Notes: generated from the letters alone by a model not told the origin. Positions 42,046-55,548 are shown, counted from the stretch's first letter. The stretch: 64,000 nucleotides of DNA from Mytilus trossulus (GCF_036588685.1 NC_086384.1:16802001-16866000), one strand, 5' to 3'. Numbers and translations: made by a program.

Positions 42046-44500
42046 AATATTATCTAAACACGAAAGCTGTGCTAGATTTATCCGAGTACTATAACCTAGC
42101 CTTATAGTCCTGAAATGTTAACTGCTTCGACAGTTTACCGTACCCTTTTGGGGGTTTTAAATATTTAGAACTAAATCCCGTAGCCTATATCTACTCCATT
42201 GAACTGAAATCTTAGGCTAGTATGCTCTCTGCAAATGTGAAAATCGTATTTATATTCGATTCCCGACTGTATCAAACCAAACTCTTGAAAATATTGGTGC
42301 AGACGAATCACAAAGCAGTATACTATATTGTGTATACTGATCAGAATATGACTTCATTTTACATCGTCATTGAAAAATGTGTAGATCCTGTCTGAACGTA
42401 TAAAACGCGTAAATTTAAATACAAATATATGCATAGATATATATCTCAGGAGCATGGGTTCGAATCCCGGCGAGGGAAGAACAAAAAGTTTGCGAACGCA
42501 AATATACAGATCTTACATTGTTGGGTTGATGTTTAGACGAGTTGTATATACAGAATGTACACAGCAATGTATCACCATCAATGCTGATGATCCGATGGGT
42601 AAATCTGTTGTAGAGTTGTCACTGGTTCAGACGTACTTATAATATATCTATATCTATATATATATAAAATAGACCTGAGTATTCTGGTCTTATCATACAT
42701 GTCTCTGGAAAAAGACCAGTTTAGATAAATAAAGATAAAAGCCGGCTTCGCGAAAGGGGAAAATTGATATTCTCCTCCCGAAATCGTCTACTGCCCTTCT
42801 CCAACAATAACATGGTCATCCCCCTAAACAGTACGCAGGAAGAAAAGTTGAAAGAGAACAATTTCGCAATTCCTATGAACGGTGAATAAAGCGTTTCATC
42901 GTGCAGTGGCAAGTATTACAGATATATTTGAGACGAACCAATTCAACAAACCATATTCATTTCAATGAATAGGATATAGAATATTCATTTGTCATAAGAA
43001 AACTGGATCTGTCGATATGTGAAGGGAACTTTATCACCGAGTTGTCTACGTACAAAAATGTATACAAAAAGAAGATGTGGTTATGATTGTTAATGAGACA
43101 ACTCTCCACTAGAGTCCAACATGACACAAACATTTACAACTATATATCACCGTTCGGCCTTCAACAATGAGCAAAGCCCATACAGTATAGTCAGCTATAA
43201 AAGGCCCCGAAATCACAATTTAGTACTTAAATGGCCACAAGCGTGTCAAAACTGAGGCTGTGACTGCATGTACGTGGTTCTTTCTTCGGCAAAGCGTGTT
43301 CATCTTAGATCCTTAGAAATAGACACACGTTACTTGTTTTCTTGTGGAAGGCCAGTGGTTTTCTCTGGCTTTCTCTACAAATTAATCTTGATTGTCATGG
43401 AAAACCAAGCGTAATGAAAGTGTCACTAAACCAGCAAGCAACTAATTGTTCATACGATTTTTTTCGTTTACGGGTAAAATGATTTCAATTTAGTTTGAAC
43501 CATGTATTTGCAAGACATAAGTGCGCAAACATTTTTCATCACTTTTTTATACTGATTTTCGGAGAACCCGAATTGTGCGCCTATTCCTAAAAACAGATAT
43601 ACTGTATTTTTTGCCCAAAATATTGAATAAATCATTTTAATTTCGGTGATCTTGATAATATAGTTAATACAAGAGTAGGTATGCCATTGTATCATTCAGG
43701 TTTGTTTTTAATGTTCACCGGCAGACGACTTTGTCAGCACCGACTCCAATCAAGCGAAATTTCTATTACAACTGTCAGAAGATAAGAAAGGGGGGGGGGG
43801 GGGGGGCAGATGAACGGTCCCTTCATGAAATATCGTATTTGTAAAGCGCTTACACTTTTTTAAAAGTAACAGTCAAAATATTTGCTTACTAGTCTCCCTT
43901 TTTAAGTGGTTTATCATTTTCAGACAAAATGGGTGACGGATCTATGAAATGTCGTAATATATGGGCAATCGCACCGCAATCCAATCTGTAGAAATCGAGA
44001 AATCGGTATTATGTGTCTTTGTATGTACATGTATATTTCATCTTTTTAATAGTACCATAGAAAGGAAGACGCAAATGTGGTTCAATGGAATCTTTTGTGT
44101 AACTATTACAGCTATGTTTGTTTACCAATCACAGTCTCTATGATATAGACCGATGTGGCATATACAATTTGGTCTAATGTATTAAAGCAGAGTTCAAGAT
44201 TTAGATAAAGCAAAATTTAAAGGAAATGGAATTTTATAGAGGTACGATTAATTTCCCTGTATTTTGTATACTTCATGTAACGTGTCGAAATTTCGTACTT
44301 GCAAATATCCAAACTATCCATTGGATAAAGCACATATGCTTTACATAACAATGCACAATACAAGTGTACAACATATAAAACATAAGTGAAAATTAACCAC
44401 AAGTCTATTTTATTGGAAGGAAAAATATACATGGTCCATAATCTCATGTTTTGTTCTTTTAATGCTAGCCCAACGAATGGATATCAAGAATACTTTTCTG

Positions 44501-45167
44501 ATTCAAACTCTGAACCTTTCCAAATTCAAACTCTGAACCTTTTCAAATTCAAACTCTGAACCTTTCCAAATTCAAACTCTGAACCTTTTCAAATTCAAAC
44601 TCTAAACCTTTCCAAATTCAAACTCTAAACCTTTCCAAATTCAAACTCTGAACCTTTTCAAATTCAAACTCTGAACCTTTCCAAATTCAAACTCTGAACC
44701 TTTTCAAATTCAAACTCTGGACCTTTCCAAATTCAAACTCTGAACCTTTCCAAATTCAAACTCTAAACCTTTCCAAATTCAAACTCTAAACCTTTCCAAA
44801 TTCAAACTCTGAACCTTTCCAAATTCAAACTCTGAACCTTTCCAAATTCAAACTCTAAACCTTTCCAAATTCAAACTCTGAACCTTTCCAAATTCAAACT
44901 CTAAACCTTTCCAAATTCAAACTCTAAACCTTTCCAAATTCAAACTCTGAACCTTTCCAAATTCAAACTCTGAACCTTTCCAAATTCAAACTCTAAACCT
45001 TTCCAAATTCAAACTCTAAACCTTTCCAAATTCAAACTCTGAACCTTTTCAAATTCAAACTCTGAACCTTTCCAAATTCAAACTCTGAACCTTTTCAAAT
45101 TCAAACTCTGGACCTTTCCAAATTCAAACTCTAAACCTTTCCAAATTCAAACTCTGAACCTTTCTAA
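44501..45167 (+). repeat. 23-bp minisatellite, 29 units (ATTCAAACTCTRAACCTTTYCAA)
   Basis: Strict 23-bp period with no spacers. Confidence 0.97.
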
Positions 45168-46295
45168 ATGCGCTGTCTAGGCATGTAAGTAATATTTATA
45201 CTTCCATGGTCTAGGTATCTATAAAAATCTGCGATCCAAATTTCCATAAGGTTTTTAAATATAAAGGTCTGTATACAAAGATCGTTACTTGAGTTTATCA
45301 ATTATAATCCAGTATGGAGTTTAAAACTCCCCTGCGATTTAAATTGCTTATGGGTGTCATGTACATGTACCTGTTAAATTGAAGTCGTGTGCCATCTGAA
45401 AAAATTTCTATAATACAGTAATAAGATAATCACGTGTCCGAAAATTTGTAAAACAAATATATGTGTAAATCTAAAAGTACACATTTGACACTACATGAAT
45501 GGTCTTAGTAGAAAAAAAATTAAAGGAAATTAGCTGCTTGCCATGTTTAAACTATTTTTTTTCATTTTTGCCCTTTTAAAGTTATAGATGGTGAATTTCA
45601 CTCCTTCTTTCATTGCGAAATAAATAAACATGTAAGAAATGATAACTTCTCTGCAAATGCTTTTCAGAATATTGACTTTATGTGTTGCACTAACAAACAA
45701 AAACTACAATACATACTCATCATGATCAATCAATAAAAAAATTCAACACATTTTAGGCTCGTTTTCAAACTGAGGACAGGGCTTGATTTACCGATGCATG
45801 GTTTAAAGTTTTGTGGTTTATTAATATGCTGTAATTTGTATTTAAATTTTTCACTATATTACATGTATATACTTGCAACAATAGATACATGTATAATATA
45901 TGTGTATATTGTAGGTTTTTTTCCGGCTTGTTTGATTTGTTGAAATATATATGACCAGATGACAATAAAGATTATTATTATTCATTTTATCAACGCCTGA
46001 CTTTTAACTATTCAATTATTTTTACCCTTACCATGGAAGTGAAATAACTAAAGAGGTTATATGACCTCATTGCCCTAACTCTGATGTAAATTAAATCTGG
46101 CAGATAATTTCACATCCGCAAGAACAAATGTTTCGTAGTAGGGTGCATCTTCTGATAAAGGATCAAAGGACGCCAATAGTACTTTATTATAAAGCTTTCA
46201 TCACAATAAGATCGTGGCGTTCCTGATCAATTAACTTAATGGGACGTTTTAAACTATTATATGATAATTTGAAGATAACGACAAGCTGAACGGCC

Positions 46296-46938
46296 TCATC
46301 TACCTTTATTGTTGTACAAGAAACATTTACCTGCATTCATTTTAGATATTTGAGGTTCTAGTGTAGGAGTTACACCCTGTGAAATATACAGAAGCCATAA
46401 CTCCATGTCTACACAACCCCAATTTATTGATGGGTTTCTGACACGTTTTAATCTAAATTGTTGATCAACCCATATCAGCACATCTGCCTGCCCCCAATTT
46501 TACATAATAAATATACTTAAGTAAGTCCGGGGTACTACTAGGATGTGCTGCTGTTTAAATGCTAGTATAAATTAAGATAGCATCGAACCATGTATTGATA
46601 TTGGATATTTTCTTTTCAGATTTTGGCTTTAAATTAAGATTTCCATTATTATCCATAACTACTCCCCTTGATTGCTTGCAATGAGAAATAACCAATAGGT
46701 TTTCTAATTCTACATATTTCCCATTAATAATGTTGTCTCTTACTTGCTGAGAAATGTGCATCCCAAGGTCATCATTGAAACTTTTAACAGGAGCAATATA
46801 ATCATTATCATTTACAAGTATGCTGTTATTAGCGAGATTTATACCTGACAAATCTGTATCTGGGGTTGAGCAGAGTGTGGGTGTTCTCTGGATAGCCTTA
46901 ATTGCTTTAGCCGTTCTTCCCATTTTACTTCCACACAA
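46296..46938 (-). mobile_element. Decayed DIRS-like (tyrosine recombinase retrotransposon) ORF1/gag remnant
   Basis: DDLGMHISQQVRDNIINGKYVELENLL, ISNINTWFDAILIY, DQQFRL..W...DMELWL and CFLYNNKG resemble invertebrate DIRS gag. Recognised from memory; no RT or YR nearby. Confidence 0.65.
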
Positions 46939-47688
46939 TCTGAAAAACTAATAAGTGAAATATGAACAACAAATCCTTTTTTACTTATTTCATGCAAGTG
47001 TGTACGTTGTTTTAATTCAGAACTTATATCATCGATCCTCGCTATATCGATCAATTAGTAATGCGATTAAAGGATTTTTATACAAAACCACGCCTTAACG
47101 CGTTAAATCCCGCTGCAAAACTTACCAAAAATTTATCTTTATTGAATCTTATCAAACACATTTTTTTTTTCTAATAAATACATTTCATATTACGTAAACA
47201 TAGTTATACGTTTTTAAACATTTTTCTTACATTACATATAAAAAAATTAATACAAAACCCGGAATTTACTCTGACGAAAAATGTCTGTCTTTTCTTCTTA
47301 AATCTCTGAACGCCAATGCAGGCGATATATTGACGTTACAAACGATATTGGTCCGCTAGGCAACATGACCCTTTTTCTAAGAAGCGTAGTTTGATTTTCC
47401 AAAAATTGCAAACCTACATTATAAAGAAACTGTATAAAGAAAAGTAACTCGAATAACCGAAACGGCAGCTTCACAGAATTAAAGCAATCTATCCCATATA
47501 AGGATAGATTGAATTATTCATCAAACCAACAAAAAGCATCTATTTGTGTGTATGTTATACCTGTAATTGGTTTTCAAACAGATATATTACACTTCCACTT
47601 GTATTTTTTTTTCTTCTTCTGTAAATATGTTTGGATAACTTAATATAAAACATTTTATGCAGACGTACGTTGTTGTATTATTTTACAA

Positions 47689-47760
47689 GCAACTGGAACA
47701 TAACCGAATTGTAACACTTGACGTAAATCTCTTTCATGGTTTGACGGCTCTGATTAAATT
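47689..47760 (+). pseudogene. LRR micro-exon D, acceptor mutated: (L)QLEHNRIVTLDVNLFHGLTALIK(L)
   Basis: 72-nt open LRR frame with GTAAGT at 47761. The acceptor reads ttttacAA instead of ttttacAG; using the AG at 47688-47689 gives 71 nt and a frameshift. Paralog of exon B. Confidence 0.8.
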
Positions 47761-49485
47761 GTAAGTAACTTGATTCTACAAACAACTGTTTGCCTTCATG
47801 TGATGCTGGTTTGCCATGTAACGATTTAATTTATCTCATTTCTTATTTTTCAATTTTAGTCTACAGATATATTAATGTATGTCAATTTAATTTTGTATAA
47901 CATAAAAAGTGTACAATTTAAAGAAATAACAAATAAGGACTTTAGATGTTAGATATTGCATTGCTGTTATAAGTTAAGTGAATAGGAATTTTGACATCGG
48001 ATAGGTTTCCCTAAATCTGTTTATGACAATATAGTTTACAGGATAAGAGAGGACAGCATTCTTATCAAAATTGAAATCAAACTTGCTATGTGTTTCTTTA
48101 TTCTACATTGGCTAGAGGTATAGGGGCGGTTGAGATCTCACAAAACATGTTTAACCCCGCCGCATATTCGCGCCTGTCTCAAGTCAGGAGCCTCTGGCGT
48201 TTGTTAATCCTGTATGTTTTTTTTAATTTTAGTTCATTTATATGTTTTAAAGTTTAGTGTGACGTTCATTTTCACTGAACTGTTACACAATTGTATTTAG
48301 GGGTCAACTGAGGACCACCTCAGGGTGCGGGATTTTCTCGCTGCGTTGAAGACCCATTGATTACCTTCGGCTGTTGTCTGCTTTGTGGTCGGGTTGTTGT
48401 CTCTTTGACATGTTCCCCATTTCCATTCTCAATTTTATTAATTAAGAGGAATTGCATTTTCGATCTGGTGCAATATATATTTGTACATTTTTTTAGTAGT
48501 ACATATTTTTCAGAACGATACAATATTTGCACTTTGGACTATTTCAGTTTGAATTCCTTGTATATTGCCACAAAGTCATTGATTTTGGCCCTATTTTTAA
48601 ACTATCTGCAAAATTCCTCAAAATATATCAAATATATTTGATTTTGTATCGTTTCCAAAATATAATGAATAAGAATGTTTTCAAATTGATAAAAGAGTTA
48701 AAGTGAATTAAGTGATTTCAGACTTTCTTGTAATATCTCTCGTTTATTATTTGGATTTACAGTTAAAACATGCATGAAATATCGATATGTAACGAGATGA
48801 AAGTAACATTTTAAAGTTAATATAAAACATTCATTGATAAATATCCACATATAATGTTATAAAGCTAAAATTAAAATTGTTCTAATTACAGCTCTTAAAC
48901 AGTATTTCATTTGACAAAGGTGTCGTTTCTTAATACTGAATTAAAAAGGCAGAAATTATCAGACCAATATCACTTCCCAAAAAATATTTTGGTACAATAG
49001 ATTAAAAGGAAATGGTTATGTAAAATATAGTATAGCTTAAAGAGTAATGTATGAGGTTCAAACGGAAAACTTAGACAGTTAAGTGAACTGAAAATGTTTT
49101 GTCAGCATCTATCGGAGGCTATAGGATCTACATGCACACAACAACGTCCTACTTAATGCCCTCTCCACTGACTTTGGATCTGATTACATAACAGGATATA
49201 TCAAACATGTCAGGAGACCTCAGTTAAAAATCTGCCGACACTTTTGAAAAATATGGTCATTAAATTATTTGAATTCAAATTACAACCTTGATTTTTGATA
49301 GATTAAAGGACAGACATTGAAGATGTTTTCGTCTTATAACAATAATGTAAGACATGAATAAATAATAACTACTAAGTATATATTATATTACGAAAATCTG
49401 TCAGTATGTTTGCAATATCAAACAGTTCACAAAACAGATATATTAGACTTCCGTTTGCCAATTATTGCCAATGTTAATCTGTTTG

Positions 49486-50708
49486 TTAAGTATACTTTTA
49501 AAACCATATTTAGCTTCTTTTGATTTAAAATCTGTTGCTCAAGTTAAAACTTGCAAATGTCCTCCATGGGAACTTCCCAAACCAAAAATGATATTTGATC
49601 TCCGTGAACACAAAAAAAATAAAACAAATCCTCTTTTAATTCAGCAACACTATGCTGAAATGTAAGCCGATTATCTAGATTTTTCAACTGTCTATACTGA
49701 TGGATCAAAAGATGGTGACAGAGTTGAATCTGCTGCTGTCTTCAGGGACAGAGCTGCAACTTTCCGTTTGCCATCTGATGCATCCATCTTTACTGCTGAA
49801 GCAGAAACAATAATTTTGGCTTTGCAATTTATTGCTCCTTCAGATAAATTCAAATTTATTATATGTTCTGATATACTTTCATGCTCACAAGCTATACAAA
49901 ATACTAAAATTAAAAACCCAACAATTCTTAAAATTTTATATGTTATGAGGAATTTAAAAATTCTTCTGAAAGAAATAATATTTCTATGGGTTCCGAGTCA
50001 TGTTGGAATCCTTGAAAACACAGCTGTAGACCTTGAGGCAAAGAATGCCCTGGGTGACCCTTGATCTTACTGTGATATACCATATACTGGTTTTAAATCT
50101 AATATAAGAGAATATGTTTTTAATATATTGAAAAATGAATGGAGTAAAAAAGATGATAATAAATTACATGAAATTAAACCTAATTTAGGCAAACCTTTTA
50201 ATAATTTTATGTGCAGAGAAGATCAGTGTGTTATTTCTAGACGTCGTATTGGTCATACTAGAATAACACACGAGTATCTTTTAAAAAATGAAGATGAACC
50301 ACAATGTATACCTTGCAACTGCAAGTATACTATAAACATGTTTTAATTAATTGTATTGTCTTTGCTGATATTCGTAAGAAGCATTTCAATGTCAAAAATA
50401 TGTATGATTTATTTAATAATGTTCCATTTACAAATATTGTTGCATTTTTAAAAGAAATTGGAGTTTATTATAGAATATAAAAATGTTATTATATTCAAGT
50501 CGTTTTTAATTTTAACACATTATCTTACTGTTGATTTTTATTTGTCAATAATCAATTTGCTTTGGTCTAGAATTTTAGTATATTGAAGGACTTTTTGTCT
50601 TATTTTAAAGATATGCTTTAAATAGTGAAAATATTCGAATTAGCTCTCGACGCGATATAGCTGTTTTGTGCTAATGCGGCGTAAAGCAACCAACAATCAA
50701 TCAATCAA
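49486..50708 (+). mobile_element. 5'-truncated I/Nimb-group LINE (RNase H domain, Cys-rich C terminus, 3' UTR)
   Basis: Motifs YTDGSK (49693-49710), SIFTAE, IICSD, WVPSHVGI..N..VD..AK, RIGHTRITH and PQCIPC. (CAAT)n tail and TSD tt(a/g)atctgtttg at 49474-49485 and 50709-50720. In-frame stops. Confidence 0.9.
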
Positions 50709-51399
50709 TTGATCTGTTTGCATGGACAAATATGCCAAACGTAAAGCAGAAAATCACGTTAGGCTATTTTATACAGACCAGTCAAATTACAAAATTCTCA
50801 ATATCTGGCTAGTGTGCTGTCATATCATACCATTCCTCTTCTGTTATTCAATTCTTATAAGTAACATACGTTTTTGAGAAGCCAATATATATTATCACTG
50901 TTTTAACTTTTTAGAAATCTTTTAAAATTTCCTCATAGACAGTTGAATAACGTTTAATTAATTTTCTATAATGTTTAAAGTCTATCATTTTCGTAAAAAA
51001 CAATAAATAAAGATCGTTTAAATTTATGTAATTAAATAGATCAGACAGCTAATAAGAGTCATCTGAATTTGTCAATTGAGAGGTTATACTATAGTCCTTT
51101 ATGTTTAATATTTTTTTAACTTGATCAGAGACACACAGTTCTTTATGATTGAGATTAACCTTCCTAAAGTAAAATACCCTTATTATCGTTGATTAGCATT
51201 TCCAGATCAGTAAAATCTTTGCACTTTTAGACTACTTCATTCTGAATTTTCCCCTAATATCAGTTATCATTTCCTCTCTTTTGCTGCAATATTCCTAAAC
51301 TATATACACATTTTGTTTTGATTAAACTGAGTACAGTTTCTAAGAAATAAAAAAAAAAAAAAAGAAATGGACGTTTATAAAAAAAAAAAAAAAGATATG

Positions 51400-51815
51400 T
51401 AACGCGCGTCTGGTGCAAATATAAAATTTCAATCCTGGTTCCTATGATGAATTTATTTACAACCACTGGGTCGTTGCCAGTGCTGGTTGAGTTTTTATTC
51501 CTCGAGAGTATCACCAACACAAGTAGTCAGCACTTCTGACTTGAGTTATTGATATTTTCATAATTATAAATTAACTGTTTGTAAAACTCTGGATTTTGAA
51601 ATACTAAGTTTTTCTACTTCAGGAATAGATTACCTTAGCTGTATTTGGCAAAACTTTTAGGAACTGTTGGTCCTCAGTGCTCTACAACTTCGAACTTTCT
51701 TTGGCCTTTTTTACATTTTTTTATTTGAGCGTCACTGGTGAAACTTTAGTAGATGAAACACGCGTCCAGCGCAAATATAAAATTTCAATCCTGGTACCTA
51801 TGCTGAGTTTATTTA
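51400..51815 (+). ncRNA. Degenerate retrozyme-like repeat with a type I hammerhead remnant (paralog 30298-30555; minus-strand fragment ~22008-22068)
   Basis: gcgtca-CTGGTGA-(stem II)-GAAAC-acgc-GTC at 51729-51766. The cgcgtc...aaatataaaatttcaatcctgg segment repeats ~357 bp apart. The core CUGANGA has an A>G change. Confidence 0.6.
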
Positions 51816-54643
51816 TATTTATGTTATTGAATTGATAAGACAGCTCAAAGTCCATTTACCTTTGAATTTCTTCTAATTTGATCCTTTTGGTGTAATAAAC
51901 AAGATATTAGTTATAAACAAATATCGCTATAATACGAGATAATTCTTATTCTGATCGAGTGCAAAAGTCAGAACATAATTGTTCCATTGTATCTCCAAAT
52001 TTGTACCCCAATCTGCAAAAGTGTAATTGTTTTTTTATTGATTGGTCAAGAGAAAACGTTTGAGGACCAATACAACTCCCCAAAAATCCTTTGATAAAAA
52101 ATACAAAGGAACCCACTGTGCAAAATATAATATATAACGGATTTAAGTTGGGTAAAACGGACACCTTAGATTATCAAAAATCAAGAATTATTGACTGATA
52201 TTCTCCAAGTATCTTTTTGAATATGATGTCTGCTTAGACATAATTCCATTAAGTTTAATCAACTACTACCTTGAATTGGAGATGTTGTAATGAAGATTTA
52301 CCGCAATATATCAACAAGTTAAAAATATATATATTAGACTTCCGTCGGCTAATTATTACTTTGACGAATACCCCTCTCTTTTTATTCATTATTTATTTCA
52401 AGTAACATAAAGTGTGCCATTTTTGATAAAATATAAAGGTTGATTGAATTGATGTTATTGAATATATCAGATATTAATATGTCAATGGAGTGGTTACCTT
52501 GTATCTTTTTACGATTAGATAGATAACTGGAACAGGAATGACAAACTGTTTCGTATGATTAAGATTTATCTTTCCTTTTTCTGTATTTGAATGTTTCATT
52601 TCAGTTTTTCAAAAATCGTCTGCTAAGTTGAAAGTGAAATGTGAAAATTCAATTTTAATTTGATTTTGGTATCATTTCTAAGAAACAATTGATACAGACG
52701 TTTATATTTATGTAATACAATTGATAATATGACTTGGGTGACATGAATTAAGTCAATAGAGAGGTTTCCCTATATCGTTTACGTCACGAAAGATAATTGG
52801 ATCCGGGATGAAACAATATTCTGATAAATAAACTTATCATAGCTACCAGCATTACAATTATAGAAATTAAGACCAATATAAAGTTGAAAACTAAAGGTCA
52901 TCGTATAGAATTCAACAATGAACAAAACGCATACCGCATAATTAGCTAGAAACGGCCCCTACATGGCAAATGTATCACTTGACTAATTTGCTGACATTCA
53001 CATAAAAGGATCAAATTGCTATGTAGATCAGAAACAGAAAAAAGCAAAAAAAGAGATCCTATGTACTGATTTTGTGTTATGGGTAGATATTCCATATCCT
53101 TTGGTTTTTTTTTATTTTATGTCTTTTATGAACACATCATACAAAACAAATGAAGTCAGTTGTAAAAGATCAAATACATCATTCTATTCCATGCAAAACC
53201 CGGACCATTTTTACCATCACAAAAAAAAACCAATACATAAGAATTGATTTTATGATACTTTAAGGTGAGAAAAACTTTGTCACAGGAAAGTTTATCCTGT
53301 ATCTGTTTAAAACAAGGTAGTTTAATTGAGTTGAGATGAACAAATCATTTCAAGTGGACAATAAACATCTTTTGAGAGAAATAACTTTACCAATTCGACT
53401 CTATACGTCTTCTAATAGTAATTCACATTATCAGAACAACCACAACATTGTTCTTTGAACTATTTCCATGTAACATTTTTTTATTTTCTTCTTATTTAGG
53501 ATAATCAACCAGATACAAATTAATATAAAATACGTATAATCAAATATCTATATTTAACGATCAAATTAAAATTTGCATGAAGGTTTTTATTAAACTAAAA
53601 TCTGAACTTTTCATCATAGCTCTAAAACAGTACCTCATTTGGCAAAGTTGTCGCAATATCGCTTTCAAAAGTAAAATCTATTGATCTGGTGGATCTCATT
53701 TGCACAACGGAGAGTAGTAATACATATTTCCGAAACAGTAAACCTTGGCACTTTTACAACTTCAATTTGACATTGTCCCAAAAATATAAAGCTACCAAAT
53801 ATCTGTAGTAATTTTCCCCTCTTTTTCTGCAAAATCCTACAATATTATAAATTTCATATTGATTCAACTGGTTACCGTTTCTTAAAAACACAAATTAAGA
53901 TGATGTTCGTCTGGTAATACAGAAGATATCAAAATTCTTACATTGGTACCAGTTGATTATCAGATTTATCCAATCGAGATAATTAAATAACCGAATTTTA
54001 AGGTCCGAGCATCGGGGAGGACGTTAAAGTTGAGAATTTACAATCGTGATTGAATATATCCGATAATCCATGAATAACTATGTAATAATCAGTAACTCTA
54101 ATGAATATCAAATACATTTTTATTTTTGATCAGCGAAAATCCCTTCCAGTGGCCTCCACATTCCACAAAATTGTCTATTTCATTAAAACCTGTTAGCATC
54201 TTTTGATTCATTCAGTCAGCCGATGAAGGGTGTGAACCGTAAACTCATTCAAAAATCGTCTGAGATCGTAGGCAACCACACGTTGATTAATTGTTTCATA
54301 CATTGGTTACGGACAGGGTTAAATATAGCCACAGAATTAGGGAAAAGTTATTATAAGAAATCTATAAACAGTTATCGCTATTTGACGACAAAATAATGAC
54401 TAAATACAAAAGTCAACACATAATTGTTCCATCAATAGACCAAAAGTCTAACCCCAATTTCAACTAAAAGAGAGAGTTAAACCGTTTAAAGACCAATATT
54501 ACTTCCAAAAATTCATTGACCAGTTTTCAAAGAGATAAACAACACTTCCAAGGCCTTCTTTTTCGAAAGTAAATATGTTTGGATTAATAAAAACGGAAAA
54601 ATGTATGCAAATTACGTTGTTGAAATATATTTATTATTTTGAG

Positions 54644-54719
54644 GGACCTGGCTGTCAACCAATTTTTTTTCGAAACTTGATGTAAACATTTTTAAAGATT
54701 TGACGTCTCTGGAGGAATT
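54644..54719 (+). pseudogene. LRR micro-exon E, frameshifted: (L)DLAVNQ[+4 T]xSKLDVNIFKDLTSLEE(L)
   Basis: Acceptor ttattttgAG ends at 54643 and GTAAGT starts at 54720. Length is 76 nt because of a T8 run at 54663-54670; removing 4 T restores a 72-nt LRR. Confidence 0.8.
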
Positions 54720-55500
54720 GTAAGTAACTCGATTCACAAAAGAAATATTTGACTCCATGTATTGCTGGTTTGCAATCGCAATGATTTGATTTATCTTTTG
54801 GGAAAACTTTGCCTTTTTTTTAACGATATATAAATGTTTGTCCATTCGATTTAATATATGTAAAATGTACACTTGTAAAGAAATAACAAATAAGAACTTT
54901 TAGATTAATGTTTTTGGATTGTTCATACAAGTTTGGGGGATGGGGATTTTTTCAATGGGGAGGTTTCTCTGTATCTGTTTATGACAATATAGTTTACAGG
55001 TGCAAAGATGAGACCAAACCTTAAGAAATTGAAGTCAATGAAGAGTTGATAAAACTTAAGTGTTAAACTATAACCAAATCCGGGCAAATAATTAAATATG
55101 TTCATGCTGTACATTCTACTATTTTTATGAACGAAAAAAAAATGACGTTTAGATTGATTTGCTTATAATTGAATGTATATGATATTTTAAAGTTGTCTGA
55201 ATCGTTCAATCTAGAATGGAGAGGTTACTCAATATCTTTTGATGACAAGATTGTTAGCTAGAGCAGGGGAAGGTCAAATTCTTCTCAAATTGACATATAA
55301 CCTTGCTTAGTGAAAAATCGCTATCTATTGTGCGCTATACATCTTTGACAAGTAGTTCACATTTTATCAATTTTGTATCTTAATTAGTAGAACGTTAATT
55401 CTAACAGGAATGAAAAAAATCATTTCAAATTAACACCAAATGACGTAATTCCGTTTGGATATAGAGATACATTTTATGCAGAAATTCGTTTTAAAAAAGG

Positions 55501-55548
55501 GTACTTATACTACAACCAAATGGCAACACTTGATATCAATCTCTTTAA
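55501..55548 (+). pseudogene. Truncated LRR exon F1: YLYYNQMATLDINLF...
   Basis: Follows the ttttatgcag pre-exon motif shared with most other exons, but the pyrimidine tract is lost. Cut at TTAA by a Kolobok-like element end. Confidence 0.7.

Noticed and set aside
42457-42467. GGTTCGAATCC tRNA T-loop / B-box
   Set aside because: No A-box, D-arm or anticodon arm upstream. At most a fragment of a tRNA-derived repeat, not a tRNA gene.
38105-42908. Possible large CACTG-terminated element (cactgca ... tgcagtg) starting where the duplication breaks
   Set aside because: Only a 7-bp inverted match, no TSD, and the paralogous flank does not resume after 42908.
44501-45167. CRISPR-like periodic repeat
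   Set aside because: Units are contiguous with no unique spacers, there are no cas genes, and the context is eukaryotic.
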